A stretch of 38,434 nucleotides of DNA from a virus (Duplodnaviria; Caudoviricetes), in IMG/VR virus record IMGVR_UViG_3300022914_000360, positions 1 through 38,434 of that record. One strand, written 5' to 3'. Within the stretch, counting starts at the first letter, position 1. Every line of letters begins with the position of its first letter. The notes under the pieces were generated by a model, which saw only the letters and a list, made by a program, of their open reading frames with translations, had not been told where the DNA came from and did not search any database. Of this stretch, positions 1-9,245 are shown in pieces. Made by a program: the position numbers and the translations under genes.

Positions 1-2
1 CA

Positions 3-161
3 ATTATTGATAATATAGTACGTGACGTTAAAGATAAAGTAAACATACAAGAACAACAAATCCGTTCTTTGGAAAATCTAAAGTGGTGGATGCTAGGAGC
101 ATTCGCAATTATCACTTTCATTTTAAACTATGCTGACCTATCGGTTATTTTTCAAAAATAA
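3..161 (+). CDS. 3' end of a small coiled-coil plus C-terminal transmembrane protein (partial)
   Basis: Frame is open from the window edge to TAA 159-161: ...VKDKVNIQEQQIRSLENLKWWMLGAFAIITFILNY... Confidence 0.6.
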   Translation: MIDNIVRDVKDKVNIQEQQIRSLENLKWWMLGAFAIITFILNYADLSVIFQK

Positions 162-164
162 CCA

Positions 165-193
165 TTGACATCTCACCTATATTAGTATATAAT
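165..193 (+). promoter_or_regulatory. sigma70-type promoter upstream of primase
   Basis: TTGACA (165-170), 17 nt, TATAAT (188-193). Confidence 0.8.
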
Positions 194-228
194 AGCCTGA
201 AAGATTAACAAAAATTGGATTTTATATT

Positions 229-1251
229 ATGCTTGACTTTGTGGATATTCAGTACGCACAGCATTTAGCTGGTCGCCTGGACAGATACAAAATAACGAAT
301 CGTAACCCTTACAAGATTAACTTTCGTTGTCCCATTTGTGGTGACTCAAAGAAAAGTAAATCTAAAGCTCGGGGTTGGCTGCTTGAGAAAGAAAACAACT
401 TTTACTTTTACTGTCATAACTGCGGTGAAAGTCATTCCTTTTCCAACTTTCTTAGAGCAGTCGACCCCATTTCCTACAATGATTATGTCGCAGAGAAATT
501 TATCAACAATGCAAACAATGCTCCAAAAACAGAAACATCAACTCTAGATGATACTAAATTTGAGCAACCAAAATTCTCTCACAGTGATGTCTTAAAAAAC
601 TTAAAAAAAATCAGTCAGCTCCCACATAATCACCCAGTAAAGAAATATATAGATAAAAGGAGTATTCCTTCTAAGCATCATTACCGTCTTTATTTCGCAC
701 CAAGATTTAAAGAATGGATTAACGGAATCATTCCAAATAAGTTCGAGAACGTAAAGAAAGACGAGCCTCGCTTAGTTATTCCTTTTTTAGACAAAGACCG
801 AAAATGTTTCGGAGTCTCAGCTCGAGGGTTTGACCCTGAGGGCCTTAGGTATATTACCATCATGTTTGATGAAGTACCTAAAATATTTGGACTCGACAAA
901 GTAAACTTTAAAGAAAAGTATTACGTGGTCGAAGGTGCGTTGGATAGTATGTTTTTATCAAACGCTGTTGCGATGGCAGGAGCCGATGGCAATACGAATG
1001 CACTTGACCATGTAGGGAATGCCGTCTTTGTGTTTGACGCTGAACCTCGTAATCGCGAGATTCATAAGCGTATGGAAAAAATTATTGACATGGGTCATCA
1101 GATTGTAATATGGCCAAACGATATACCTGGGAAGGACATCAATGAAATGGTTCTTAGCGGTAATATAAAATGTGTAGAGAGTTTAATGAGAACAATTACT
1201 TATAAAGGTTTAGAGGCTAAATTGAAATTTCAACAATGGAAAAGGACATAG
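229..1251 (+). CDS. gp61: T4 gp61-like DNA primase
   Basis: Zn finger NFRCPICGDS...CHNCG; TOPRIM motif VVEGALDSMFL; KDINEM. Confidence 0.95.
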   Translation: MLDFVDIQYAQHLAGRLDRYKITNRNPYKINFRCPICGDSKKSKSKARGWLLEKENNFYFYCHNCGESHSFSNFLRAVDPISYNDYVAEKFINNANNAPKTETSTLDDTKFEQPKFSHSDVLKNLKKISQLPHNHPVKKYIDKRSIPSKHHYRLYFAPRFKEWINGIIPNKFENVKKDEPRLVIPFLDKDRKCFGVSARGFDPEGLRYITIMFDEVPKIFGLDKVNFKEKYYVVEGALDSMFLSNAVAMAGADGNTNALDHVGNAVFVFDAEPRNREIHKRMEKIIDMGHQIVIWPNDIPGKDINEMVLSGNIKCVESLMRTITYKGLEAKLKFQQWKRT

Positions 1252-1254
1252 ATA

Positions 1255-1923
1255 ATGAAGGTTAATTTGATTAGTTATAGTCAATCCCCTGAGTACAACG
1301 AATCAGCTCAGGACTTAATTGCTTACTGCGCAAGAGTGAGTAATCCATCAAACCAAAATAATAAAGAGACATCGGAAAAACTTTTGAAGTACCTTGCTAA
1401 ACATAAGCATTGGTCTCCATTTGAAATGGTGAGTGCTTGTTTAGAAATTGAAACGACACGAGATATTGCTCGACAATTATTGAGACATCGTTCTTTTTCT
1501 TTTCAGGAATTCAGTCAAAGATATGCCGACCCGGTTGATGATTTAGAATTTGTCGCAAGAGAAGCAAGATTACAAGATCCAAAGAATCGTCAAAATTCTA
1601 TTGATATTGATAGAGATAACGAACAAGAAAGAAGAATCGCTGAAGATTGGCGAATGAAACAAATGGCGTTTATACGCCAAGCAAAAGAATTATATAAATG
1701 GGCAATTGATAAAGGAATTGCGAAAGAGCAAGCAAGAGCAGTTTTACCTGAAGGAAATACCGTCTCTCGTCTGTATGTAAACGGTACATTAAGAAGTTGG
1801 ATTCATTACATCGAACTTCGCAGTGGTCATGGAACACAATTAGAACATATTGAACTTGCACGAGCTGTTGCTGAAGCCATCGCAGCTATCTTTCCTTTAT
1901 CAGAACAATATGTACAAGAATAA
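1255..1923 (+). CDS. thyX: Flavin-dependent thymidylate synthase ThyX
   Basis: HWSPFE and RQLLRHRSFSFQEFSQRY ThyX motif; EQARAVLP. Confidence 0.97.
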   Translation: MKVNLISYSQSPEYNESAQDLIAYCARVSNPSNQNNKETSEKLLKYLAKHKHWSPFEMVSACLEIETTRDIARQLLRHRSFSFQEFSQRYADPVDDLEFVAREARLQDPKNRQNSIDIDRDNEQERRIAEDWRMKQMAFIRQAKELYKWAIDKGIAKEQARAVLPEGNTVSRLYVNGTLRSWIHYIELRSGHGTQLEHIELARAVAEAIAAIFPLSEQYVQE

Positions 1924-1932
1924 GGAGAAGAC

Positions 1933-3723
1933 ATGCAGCACTTAGGTATTGAAATTGAAACAAAGAGAGATAAGGATCTTTCTGAACAATCATTTAAATT
2001 GTTAAAAGATTACTATTGTCGTGACGATGAAAGGTCACCTCAGATGGCATATGCTCGAGCAGCAGTTGCTTTTTGTAATGGTAATTTAAAACTTGCACAG
2101 AGAATTTATGATTACGTTTCAAAAGGCTGGTTTATGTATGCATCTCCTGTCTTATCAAATGCCCCAATTAAAGGAGAACCAATTAAAGCATTACCAATCA
2201 GCTGCTTTCTTACTTATGTTCCAGACACATTAGACGGTCTTATAGACCATACCGCAGAACTTAGGTGGCTATCTGTTAAAGGTGGTGGAGTAGGTGGTCA
2301 TTGGTCTGATATTCGTGCTGTATCAAAGAAAGCTCCAGGACCTATGCCGTTCTTACATACTGTTGATGCTGATATGGTTGCTTACCGTCAAGGAAGAACA
2401 AGAAAAGGTTCTTATGCTGCATATATGGATGTTGACCATCCTGACATTGTAGAATTTATTAATATGCGTATTCCTACAGGTGATGTAAACCGTAAGAATT
2501 TAAATTTACACCACGCAGTGAATATTACAGACAAATTTATGGAAGCGGTTGAGTCAGGTTCTGATTGGAACTTATTAGACCCAAATGACAAATCAGTCCG
2601 TGATACAATGTCAGCTCGTAAACTATGGGAGTTGATTTTAGAAACACGTTATAGAACAGGTGAACCGTATCTTAACTTTATTGATACAGCAAACCGTGCT
2701 TTACCTGATGCACAAAAGGCAAAGGGTTTAACAATTAAGGGGTCTAACCTATGTAATGAAATTCATTTAGTGACCTCTGAAGATAGAACAGCAGTATGTT
2801 GTTTATCATCGGTTAACCTTGAAAAGTATGACGAATGGGTTGGCACTCCGATGGTCAAAGACTTAACTGTATTTTTAGATAACGTATTACAGTTCTTTAT
2901 TGACCATGCAGGCGACGAAATTAGCAAAGCAAGATATTCAGCACAACAAGAAAGATCATTAGGTTTAGGTGCGATGGGTTTTCATTCGTATCTACAAAAG
3001 CATTCAGTACCATTTGACTGCGAACAGGCTGTTGGTATTAATGAAGCAATATTTAAACATATTAAAGATGAAGCATTAGCAGCTACTTTAGAAATGGGTA
3101 AGCGTCGAGGTGAAGCTCCTGATATGAAAGGAACAGGTCGTCGTAACGCTCATATGTTAGCTATTGCTCCAAACGCAAATAGTTCTATGATTGTAAATAC
3201 AAGTCCAAGTATTGAACCTTGGAAAGCAAATGCATTTACTTCTAGAACAAGGGTGGGATCTCACCTAAATAAAAATCCATATCTCGAAGCAGAATTGGAA
3301 AAAATTGGAAAGAATACCGAAGAGGTATGGTCAACGATTATTACAAACGGTGGTTCAGTGCAACACCTAGATTTTTTACATGACCATGTGAAAGAGGTAT
3401 TCCAAACAGCAATTGAAATTAATCAGTTAGCTCTTATACGATTAGCAGGAGAAAGACAAAAGTACCTATGTCAAGGTCAGTCGCTAAATATCTTCTTCCC
3501 TGCTGGAGCTGATAAAAGAACCTTACATCAAGTACATTACCAAGCTTGGAAACAAGGATGTAAAGGACTATATTATTTAAGAACAGAAACATCTAACCGC
3601 GCAGAGAATGTATCGCAAAAAATCGAACGTGAAAAGTTAGATGATATTATTAACCCAGACTCAATTAAGTTCAGCAACGGCTCGGAGGAACAACAAGATG
3701 AGTGCATCGCCTGCGAAGGATGA
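1933..3723 (+). CDS. nrdA: Class I ribonucleotide reductase alpha subunit (compact, no ATP cone)
   Basis: ISCF, GGGVG, SNLCNEI, VCCLSS, APNANSS, YYLR, C-terminal CIACEG. Confidence 0.96.
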   Translation: MQHLGIEIETKRDKDLSEQSFKLLKDYYCRDDERSPQMAYARAAVAFCNGNLKLAQRIYDYVSKGWFMYASPVLSNAPIKGEPIKALPISCFLTYVPDTLDGLIDHTAELRWLSVKGGGVGGHWSDIRAVSKKAPGPMPFLHTVDADMVAYRQGRTRKGSYAAYMDVDHPDIVEFINMRIPTGDVNRKNLNLHHAVNITDKFMEAVESGSDWNLLDPNDKSVRDTMSARKLWELILETRYRTGEPYLNFIDTANRALPDAQKAKGLTIKGSNLCNEIHLVTSEDRTAVCCLSSVNLEKYDEWVGTPMVKDLTVFLDNVLQFFIDHAGDEISKARYSAQQERSLGLGAMGFHSYLQKHSVPFDCEQAVGINEAIFKHIKDEALAATLEMGKRRGEAPDMKGTGRRNAHMLAIAPNANSSMIVNTSPSIEPWKANAFTSRTRVGSHLNKNPYLEAELEKIGKNTEEVWSTIITNGGSVQHLDFLHDHVKEVFQTAIEINQLALIRLAGERQKYLCQGQSLNIFFPAGADKRTLHQVHYQAWKQGCKGLYYLRTETSNRAENVSQKIEREKLDDIINPDSIKFSNGSEEQQDECIACEG

Positions 3724-3742
3724 TAGAAAAACAGGAAAGAAA

Positions 3743-4951
3743 ATGGAAGTACTAATTTATACCAAATCAAATTGCCCTTTTTGTGAAAAGGCAAAAGCAT
3801 GGTTTACACAACATGGATTTGGTTATACTCAAGTGTTATTAGATGATGAAGAACAAAGATTAGCTTTTTATCAAAAACATAGTAATGGTAAAGCCGTTAA
3901 ATCTGTACCTCAGATTTGGATTAACGATGAACATATCGGTACCTATAATGATTTGATGGCAATCTCTGATAAACTTGTAAAGAAACAAGGTGGCTTATTG
4001 GAATTCTCTGAAACATATAAACCGTTTCATTATCCTTGGGCTGTTGAAATTACAACAAGACATGAAAAAGCTCATTGGATTGAAGATGAACTTGACTTGT
4101 CTGAAGATGTAGCTGATTGGAAAGGTGGTAAGATCACTCCGATTGAAAAAGAATATATTACAAACATCTTAAGATTGTTTACTCAGTCTGATGTTGCTGT
4201 AGGTCAAAACTATTATGACCAATTTATTCCAAAGTTTAAAAATAACGAAGTCCGTAATATGTTAGGTTCGTTTGCTGCTCGAGAAGGTATTCACCAAAGA
4301 GCGTATGCATTGTTAAACGAAACTTTAGGTTTACCTGATTCTGAATACCACGCATTCCTAGAGTATTCTGAAATGGCAGACAAGATTGATTATATGAGAC
4401 AAGCAGATACAAACACTTTACGTGGTCTTGGTCTGTCTTTAGCAAAATCTGTATTTAACGAAGGTGTTGCTCTCTTTGCTTCTTTCGTTATGTTACTTAA
4501 CTTTCAACGTTTCGGTAAAATGAAAGGTATGGGTAAAGTAGTTGAGTGGAGTATACGAGACGAGTCTATTCACGTTGAAGGTAATTCTAAATTATTCAAA
4601 GCATTTGTAAAAGAACATTCTCGTGTCGTGGACAACGATTTCAAACGCGAAATTTATGAAATGTCAAAAGATATTGTTGACCTTGAAGACAAGTTCATTG
4701 ACCTTGCTTACGAGTTAGGTACTATTGAAGGTCTGGATAAATCCGAAGTAAAAGAATATATAAGATATATAACAGATAGAAGATTACTTCAGTTAGGCAT
4801 GAAAACTAATTTCAAGGTAAAAGAAAATCCATTACCTTGGTTAGAATGGGTACTGAATGGTGCCGACCATACAAACTTCTTTGAAAACCGTGTGACGGAA
4901 TATGAAGTTGCTGGTTTATCCGGAAAATGGGATGATGCCTACGCAGCTTAA
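3743..4951 (+). CDS. nrdB: Glutaredoxin-NrdB fusion (RNR beta subunit with N-terminal Grx domain)
   Basis: N-terminal YTKSNCPFC...SVPQIW...HIGTY, then an R2 domain with EGIHQRAY (radical Tyr), EGV, DESIH, NFFE. Start set at ATG 3743 after AGGA. Confidence 0.93.
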   Translation: MEVLIYTKSNCPFCEKAKAWFTQHGFGYTQVLLDDEEQRLAFYQKHSNGKAVKSVPQIWINDEHIGTYNDLMAISDKLVKKQGGLLEFSETYKPFHYPWAVEITTRHEKAHWIEDELDLSEDVADWKGGKITPIEKEYITNILRLFTQSDVAVGQNYYDQFIPKFKNNEVRNMLGSFAAREGIHQRAYALLNETLGLPDSEYHAFLEYSEMADKIDYMRQADTNTLRGLGLSLAKSVFNEGVALFASFVMLLNFQRFGKMKGMGKVVEWSIRDESIHVEGNSKLFKAFVKEHSRVVDNDFKREIYEMSKDIVDLEDKFIDLAYELGTIEGLDKSEVKEYIRYITDRRLLQLGMKTNFKVKENPLPWLEWVLNGADHTNFFENRVTEYEVAGLSGKWDDAYAA

Positions 4952-4960
4952 GGCGTAGAT

Positions 4961-6163
4961 ATGATAAACAAACAAATCTTTCAAGATTTAATTGACTCAC
5001 TTAAAGACGATGGTCGATATAGAGTCTTTAATGATATTGTAAGGGAGAGGGGAAACTTTCCTAAAGCAACATGGTATTCAAAGTATTCACCAAAGACAAT
5101 TGTGAATTGGTGTTCTAACGATTACCTATGTCAAGGACAAAACAAGTATGTCATCGATGCGATGGCAACTGCACTTGAAAAAACAGGAAGTGGTAGTGGA
5201 GGTACACGTAATATTGGCGGTACCTCTCATTATCATGTCACGCTTGAAAGAACATTAGCAAAACTCCACAAAAAAGAAAAAGGTTTATTATTTACATCAG
5301 CATATGTTGCTAATGAGTGGACGTTAATTGCACTGAGCCGTATTATACCAAATATCTGTTTTATATCCGACAATAAAAATCATGCTTCTATGATTATGGG
5401 TATTAAACATTCAAGAGCTGATAAGATTATTTGGGAACACAATAACATGGACGAACTTGAGCTTGCCTTACAAACAGCTAAAATGAATAATCAAGTTCCA
5501 TGTGTTGTATTTGAAAGCGTATATAGTATGGATGGAGATGTTGCACCAATCGAACAAATATGTGATCTTGCTGATGCTTATGGAGCAATGACATATATTG
5601 ATGAAGTTCATGCAGTAGGACTTTATGGTGACACAGGAGCTGGGTACTGCGAAAAGTTAGGACTCTCTGATAGAGTAGATATTATAAATGGAACACTTGG
5701 AAAGGCGTTTGGTTGTCACGGTGGTTATATTGCTGGTGATAGTATTGTTCTCGATGCCATTCGCTCCGTAGCCTCAGGATTTATTTTTACAACTTCTTTA
5801 AGTCCTGTTATGTGCGCAGGAGCAATTGCTTCAATAAGATGGTTAAAAGAACACAACGAACTTAGAGAACAACATCAAGAACGAGCAGCAACATTAAAAT
5901 CTTTGTTGATTGAAAATAATATTGAGATACATGATAAAGCGTGTACTCATATCTTACCTGTAATGGTACGAGATGCAAAGAAATGTAAAGTAATGTCAGA
6001 TAGGTTATTAAATGAGTATGGAATTTATATTCAGCCAATTAATTATCCAACAGTCGATGTGGGTACAGAGCGGCTTAGAATTACACCAACACCATTACAC
6101 ACCAATGGTATGATGGACGATTTAGTAATTGCGTTGAAGGAGACGTTTAAAGAATACGAATGA
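4961..6163 (+). CDS. hemA: 5-aminolevulinate synthase (C4/Shemin pathway, PLP-dependent)
   Basis: [74 protein letters not shown]. Confidence 0.92.
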   Translation: MINKQIFQDLIDSLKDDGRYRVFNDIVRERGNFPKATWYSKYSPKTIVNWCSNDYLCQGQNKYVIDAMATALEKTGSGSGGTRNIGGTSHYHVTLERTLAKLHKKEKGLLFTSAYVANEWTLIALSRIIPNICFISDNKNHASMIMGIKHSRADKIIWEHNNMDELELALQTAKMNNQVPCVVFESVYSMDGDVAPIEQICDLADAYGAMTYIDEVHAVGLYGDTGAGYCEKLGLSDRVDIINGTLGKAFGCHGGYIAGDSIVLDAIRSVASGFIFTTSLSPVMCAGAIASIRWLKEHNELREQHQERAATLKSLLIENNIEIHDKACTHILPVMVRDAKKCKVMSDRLLNEYGIYIQPINYPTVDVGTERLRITPTPLHTNGMMDDLVIALKETFKEYE

Positions 6164-6723
6164 AGGATACCGTAGCAAGAAGTATGACAAAGTTTTTTCG
6201 GTTCTTTGCCGATACATTCTTTGCTAAAAGATATGGACATAGAGCAGTAGTTCTAGAAACTATAGCAGGTGTCCCAGGTATGGTCGCAGGTATGTGGGTT
6301 CATTTGAGAAGTTTAAGACAAATGAAAACAGGATATGGACCAATGATTCGCGAATTGCTTGAAGAAGCTGAAAACGAAAGAATGCATTTAATGTTCTTTA
6401 TTGAAATCGCGAAACCAAATTTATTTGAAAGGCTATTAATATTAGCAGCCCAAGGTATCTTTTGGAATTTTTATTTCCTAATGTATGTATTCTTTCCAAA
6501 GACCGCTCATCGTATGGTACATTACTTTGAGGAAGAAGCAGTTAAGAGTTATACGGAATATATAAAATTAATAGACAAAGGAATATTACCTAATCCGCCT
6601 GCACCGAGATTAGCAATAAATTATTATACAATGGACAATGACGCAACTTTAAGAGATATGATATTACATGTCCGTGCAGACGAACAAAAACACAGTGATG
6701 TGAATTGGAGGTACTCACAATGA
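6160..6723 (+). CDS. aox: Alternative oxidase (di-iron ubiquinol oxidase)
   Basis: [37 protein letters not shown]; ATGA overlap with hemA. Confidence 0.93.
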   Translation: MKDTVARSMTKFFRFFADTFFAKRYGHRAVVLETIAGVPGMVAGMWVHLRSLRQMKTGYGPMIRELLEEAENERMHLMFFIEIAKPNLFERLLILAAQGIFWNFYFLMYVFFPKTAHRMVHYFEEEAVKSYTEYIKLIDKGILPNPPAPRLAINYYTMDNDATLRDMILHVRADEQKHSDVNWRYSQ

Positions 6724-7544
6724 AATGGTTAACACTATTTACATCATTATCACTCGCAGGAACAGCTGCGTATTTTAGTATTATAGGACTGATGACAATA
6801 TTCAGTGGTGCTGCTTTATCAATTGCTTTCATGGCAAGTATATTAGAATTTGGTAAAGTTGTATCTGCAGCCTGGCTCCATTATGAATGGGACAGAATCA
6901 ATAATTTGGTCCGAGCATATTTCACCACCGCTGTCGTGGTACTTATGTTAATTACAAGTATGGGAATATTTGGTTTCTTATCCAAAGCTCATATTGACAG
7001 CGCGGTGACTGGAGATACTTATTCACTCGAAGCAAGTATTGTTGATAAAAGATTAGACGGTAAACAATTACAATTAGACAATCTCACAGGAAGATTGGAA
7101 AACTTAGATTATGTTTTACAAACAAGTAAACCTGAAGATCGTAATTATGTCAACAGAGTTCAGACCACAGAGAGAAATGAAATCAATGAAGCAATTGATG
7201 TTTTAGTAGCAGAGATTGTAGAATTAAATGAACAGAAGATGCCTATTCAGCGATTACAATTAGAACAAGAAGCTGAACTAGGTCCTGTAAAATATATTGC
7301 TGATATGATATACGGTGAAGAAGCAGAGTCTATGTATGACAATGCTGTTCGTTGGGTTATCTTAACTATCATCTTTGTATTTGACCCTCTTGCGATTATG
7401 TTGTTGATTGTATCAACCGCAGCATTCAAAAGAGACCGTGAACGCCCTACGAAACCTCTTGTTGATGAAAAACAAATTATGAACATGGAAGTTGAAGAAC
7501 AACGTAGTGGATTAACTACAACTATAAACAGAAGACCAATATGA
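6720..7544 (+). CDS. Conserved phage multi-pass membrane protein with coiled coil
   Basis: Three N-terminal hydrophobic helices, a coiled coil, and IIFVFDPLAIMLL; ATGA coupling to aox. Confidence 0.7.
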   Translation: MKWLTLFTSLSLAGTAAYFSIIGLMTIFSGAALSIAFMASILEFGKVVSAAWLHYEWDRINNLVRAYFTTAVVVLMLITSMGIFGFLSKAHIDSAVTGDTYSLEASIVDKRLDGKQLQLDNLTGRLENLDYVLQTSKPEDRNYVNRVQTTERNEINEAIDVLVAEIVELNEQKMPIQRLQLEQEAELGPVKYIADMIYGEEAESMYDNAVRWVILTIIFVFDPLAIMLLIVSTAAFKRDRERPTKPLVDEKQIMNMEVEEQRSGLTTTINRRPI

Positions 7545-7957
7545 ACTTAAAAAAATTATTATGGATGGCGGCAGGATTTGTATTATTAGGAATTGCATAC
7601 ATAGGTGTTATAATGCCTGGTATACCTTTTAGTATTCCGGCTGTATTCTCCGCTTATTGTTTCGCAAGAAGCTCTGAGCGTATGCACAAGTGGTTATATG
7701 GCCACAAAATCTTTGGACCATTTTTAACAAACTGGGAAACAAAGAAAGTATTTCCTTTAAAGGCAAAATATGGAATGTTAGGATTTATGGCATTAGCTTT
7801 AATCTTAATGATTGTATTTACAGGAAATTGGAAAGCAGTCCTTTATTCTGGTTCCTTCATGGCATTTGGTGCCTGGTGGGGTTGGCAGTATCCTTCAAGC
7901 CCAGAAGAATATGACCAAAGAATAAAAGACGGTAAGAAAATTGGATTATTTAGATAA
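7541..7957 (+). CDS. ybaN: YbaN/DUF454 family inner-membrane protein
   Basis: GVIMPGIP...AYCFARSSERMHKWL..H.IFGPFL.NW pattern. Confidence 0.85.
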   Translation: MNLKKLLWMAAGFVLLGIAYIGVIMPGIPFSIPAVFSAYCFARSSERMHKWLYGHKIFGPFLTNWETKKVFPLKAKYGMLGFMALALILMIVFTGNWKAVLYSGSFMAFGAWWGWQYPSSPEEYDQRIKDGKKIGLFR

Positions 7958-7965
7958 ATAGATTT

Positions 7966-8250
7966 ATGAGTAGAAAGAACGACGAGATGCCGTTCGATAA
8001 GGACGGAAAAATTGATTATCATAAATGGATGCAAATCAATGCTTTCATCAAAAAGCTACATGATATGCACTATTTGGAGCAAGAACGAATCAGAGAAGAA
8101 AAGCTTCAAGATTGGATTACTCGAAGAAATGATATGTTATTGGATTTGGACATGATTGATAAAGTAGTTGATATGATGGACGAATATCCTGAAGCCGAAC
8201 TCCTACTCCATAAAATTAAAAGAAGATTAGATAATGACAAAAAGTACTGA
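7966..8250 (+). CDS. Hypothetical protein
   Basis: 94-aa ORF preceded by late-like GATAAATA. Confidence 0.6.
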   Translation: MSRKNDEMPFDKDGKIDYHKWMQINAFIKKLHDMHYLEQERIREEKLQDWITRRNDMLLDLDMIDKVVDMMDEYPEAELLLHKIKRRLDNDKKY

Positions 8251-8413
8251 AGAAAAGATTCTTCAAGCAGTGAACCTTTCTCCTGATGAATCCATCGTGG
8301 AGAAGTTAGTTGAAATCCATCCAATGAAACAAGTATTTTACGCAAGTATTATACAAGTATGTGTATTGGGTTTTATGTTAGGGTCAATGGCTCTAATTGA
8401 TTTATTTGTATAA
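8234..8413 (+). CDS. Small membrane protein (59 aa)
   Basis: MTKSTEEKILQAVNLSPDESIVEKLVEIHPMKQVFYASIIQVCVLGFMLGSMALIDLFV; fills the gap in the operon. Confidence 0.6.
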   Translation: MTKSTEEKILQAVNLSPDESIVEKLVEIHPMKQVFYASIIQVCVLGFMLGSMALIDLFV

Positions 8414-8424
8414 GGAGATATATT

Positions 8425-8592
8425 ATGCCAAAGATTTACGAAAGTCCTGATAAAGGAAAGACAGTATACGAAAGGGAAATAGGCGCTCCATTTAATACAC
8501 GTCGTCAAATTAAGCCAAGCGCCGTAGAGGATGCCGCAGATGCAATGGCAAGATCGGCCTATAACGATAGAGTACGTAGAGAAAGGAACTGA
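8425..8592 (+). CDS. Small phage protein (55 aa)
   Basis: Strong RBS TAAGGAG; MPKIYESPDKGKTVYERE... Confidence 0.7.
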   Translation: MPKIYESPDKGKTVYEREIGAPFNTRRQIKPSAVEDAADAMARSAYNDRVRRERN

Positions 8593-8674
8593 AACACCTT
8601 ACGGTAAAGACTTGTTATTATTTTGTTCACTGGGACTCAATGTTGGGTTCTTAATTGGACTATTATATGTTTAG
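8531..8674 (+). CDS. Possible small membrane protein (47 aa)
   Basis: MPQMQWQDRP...LLLFCSLGLNVGFLIGLLYV; overlaps the previous ORF. Confidence 0.4.
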   Translation: MPQMQWQDRPITIEYVEKGTETPYGKDLLLFCSLGLNVGFLIGLLYV

Positions 8675-8682
8675 AGGAAATT

Positions 8683-9012
8683 ATGAAAAGCGAATATGTA
8701 GTAATTGATACTGTCTCAATGTTCAGGCAGCGTTATGTTGTTCCAAAAAGCGAAATGCAAGAATGGAACGAAGAAGTAAAATTAACTGATAAGCTGGCAA
8801 AAGAATGGGCAGCTGATGCAGTGACAACCGAAGAAGTCAAAGAGTTCAGTCAAAAATGGTTAGGTGAAACAATCACTAACATAGATTTGGTTGATACTGA
8901 AAAGATTCTTTCTATCTTTGCCGAAGACAATCCTGAAATCATTAAGGAATGGAGTCAGGCAAAACAATTAGATTTCATTAACAAATGGAAAGACGAATCT
9001 CCTAAACCGTGA
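8683..9012 (+). CDS. Hypothetical phage protein
   Basis: RBS GAGGA before ATG 8683; MKSEYVVIDTVSMFRQRYVV. Confidence 0.7.
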   Translation: MKSEYVVIDTVSMFRQRYVVPKSEMQEWNEEVKLTDKLAKEWAADAVTTEEVKEFSQKWLGETITNIDLVDTEKILSIFAEDNPEIIKEWSQAKQLDFINKWKDESPKP

Positions 9013-9245
9013 TATACATATATGGTACAAGATCCTGTGCCTTTTGTGATAAAGCAAAGAAATATGCACAAAAATGGTATGGAGAGTATAAATTCCTTGA
9101 CATTGGAATCGAAAAGTATTATAATATACTCAAAGAAAAGAATGTAAGCACTTACGTTCTCCCACAAATTTTTGAAGACAATGAGTACATAGGTACTTAT
9201 TACGATTTTATTAAACTAAATCAATATAGGATGGAAAATTTATAA
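9009..9245 (+). CDS. Glutaredoxin
   Basis: CAFC active site, VLPQIF, YIGTY. Confidence 0.85.
   Translation: MIYIYGTRSCAFCDKAKKYAQKWYGEYKFLDIGIEKYYNILKEKNVSTYVLPQIFEDNEYIGTYYDFIKLNQYRMENL

Noticed and set aside
3641-3742. N-terminal extension of NrdB overlapping nrdA (possible frameshift fusion)
   Set aside because: NrdA ends normally in CxxCEG, and ATG 3743 has an RBS and starts the Grx fold
1933-4951. Introns, inteins or homing endonucleases in nrdA/nrdB
   Set aside because: The reading frames are continuous and of compact length
4961-6163. BioF or Kbl instead of ALAS
   Set aside because: WCSNDYL, GGTRNI.GT, YRVF and [10 protein letters not shown] are ALAS-type motifs
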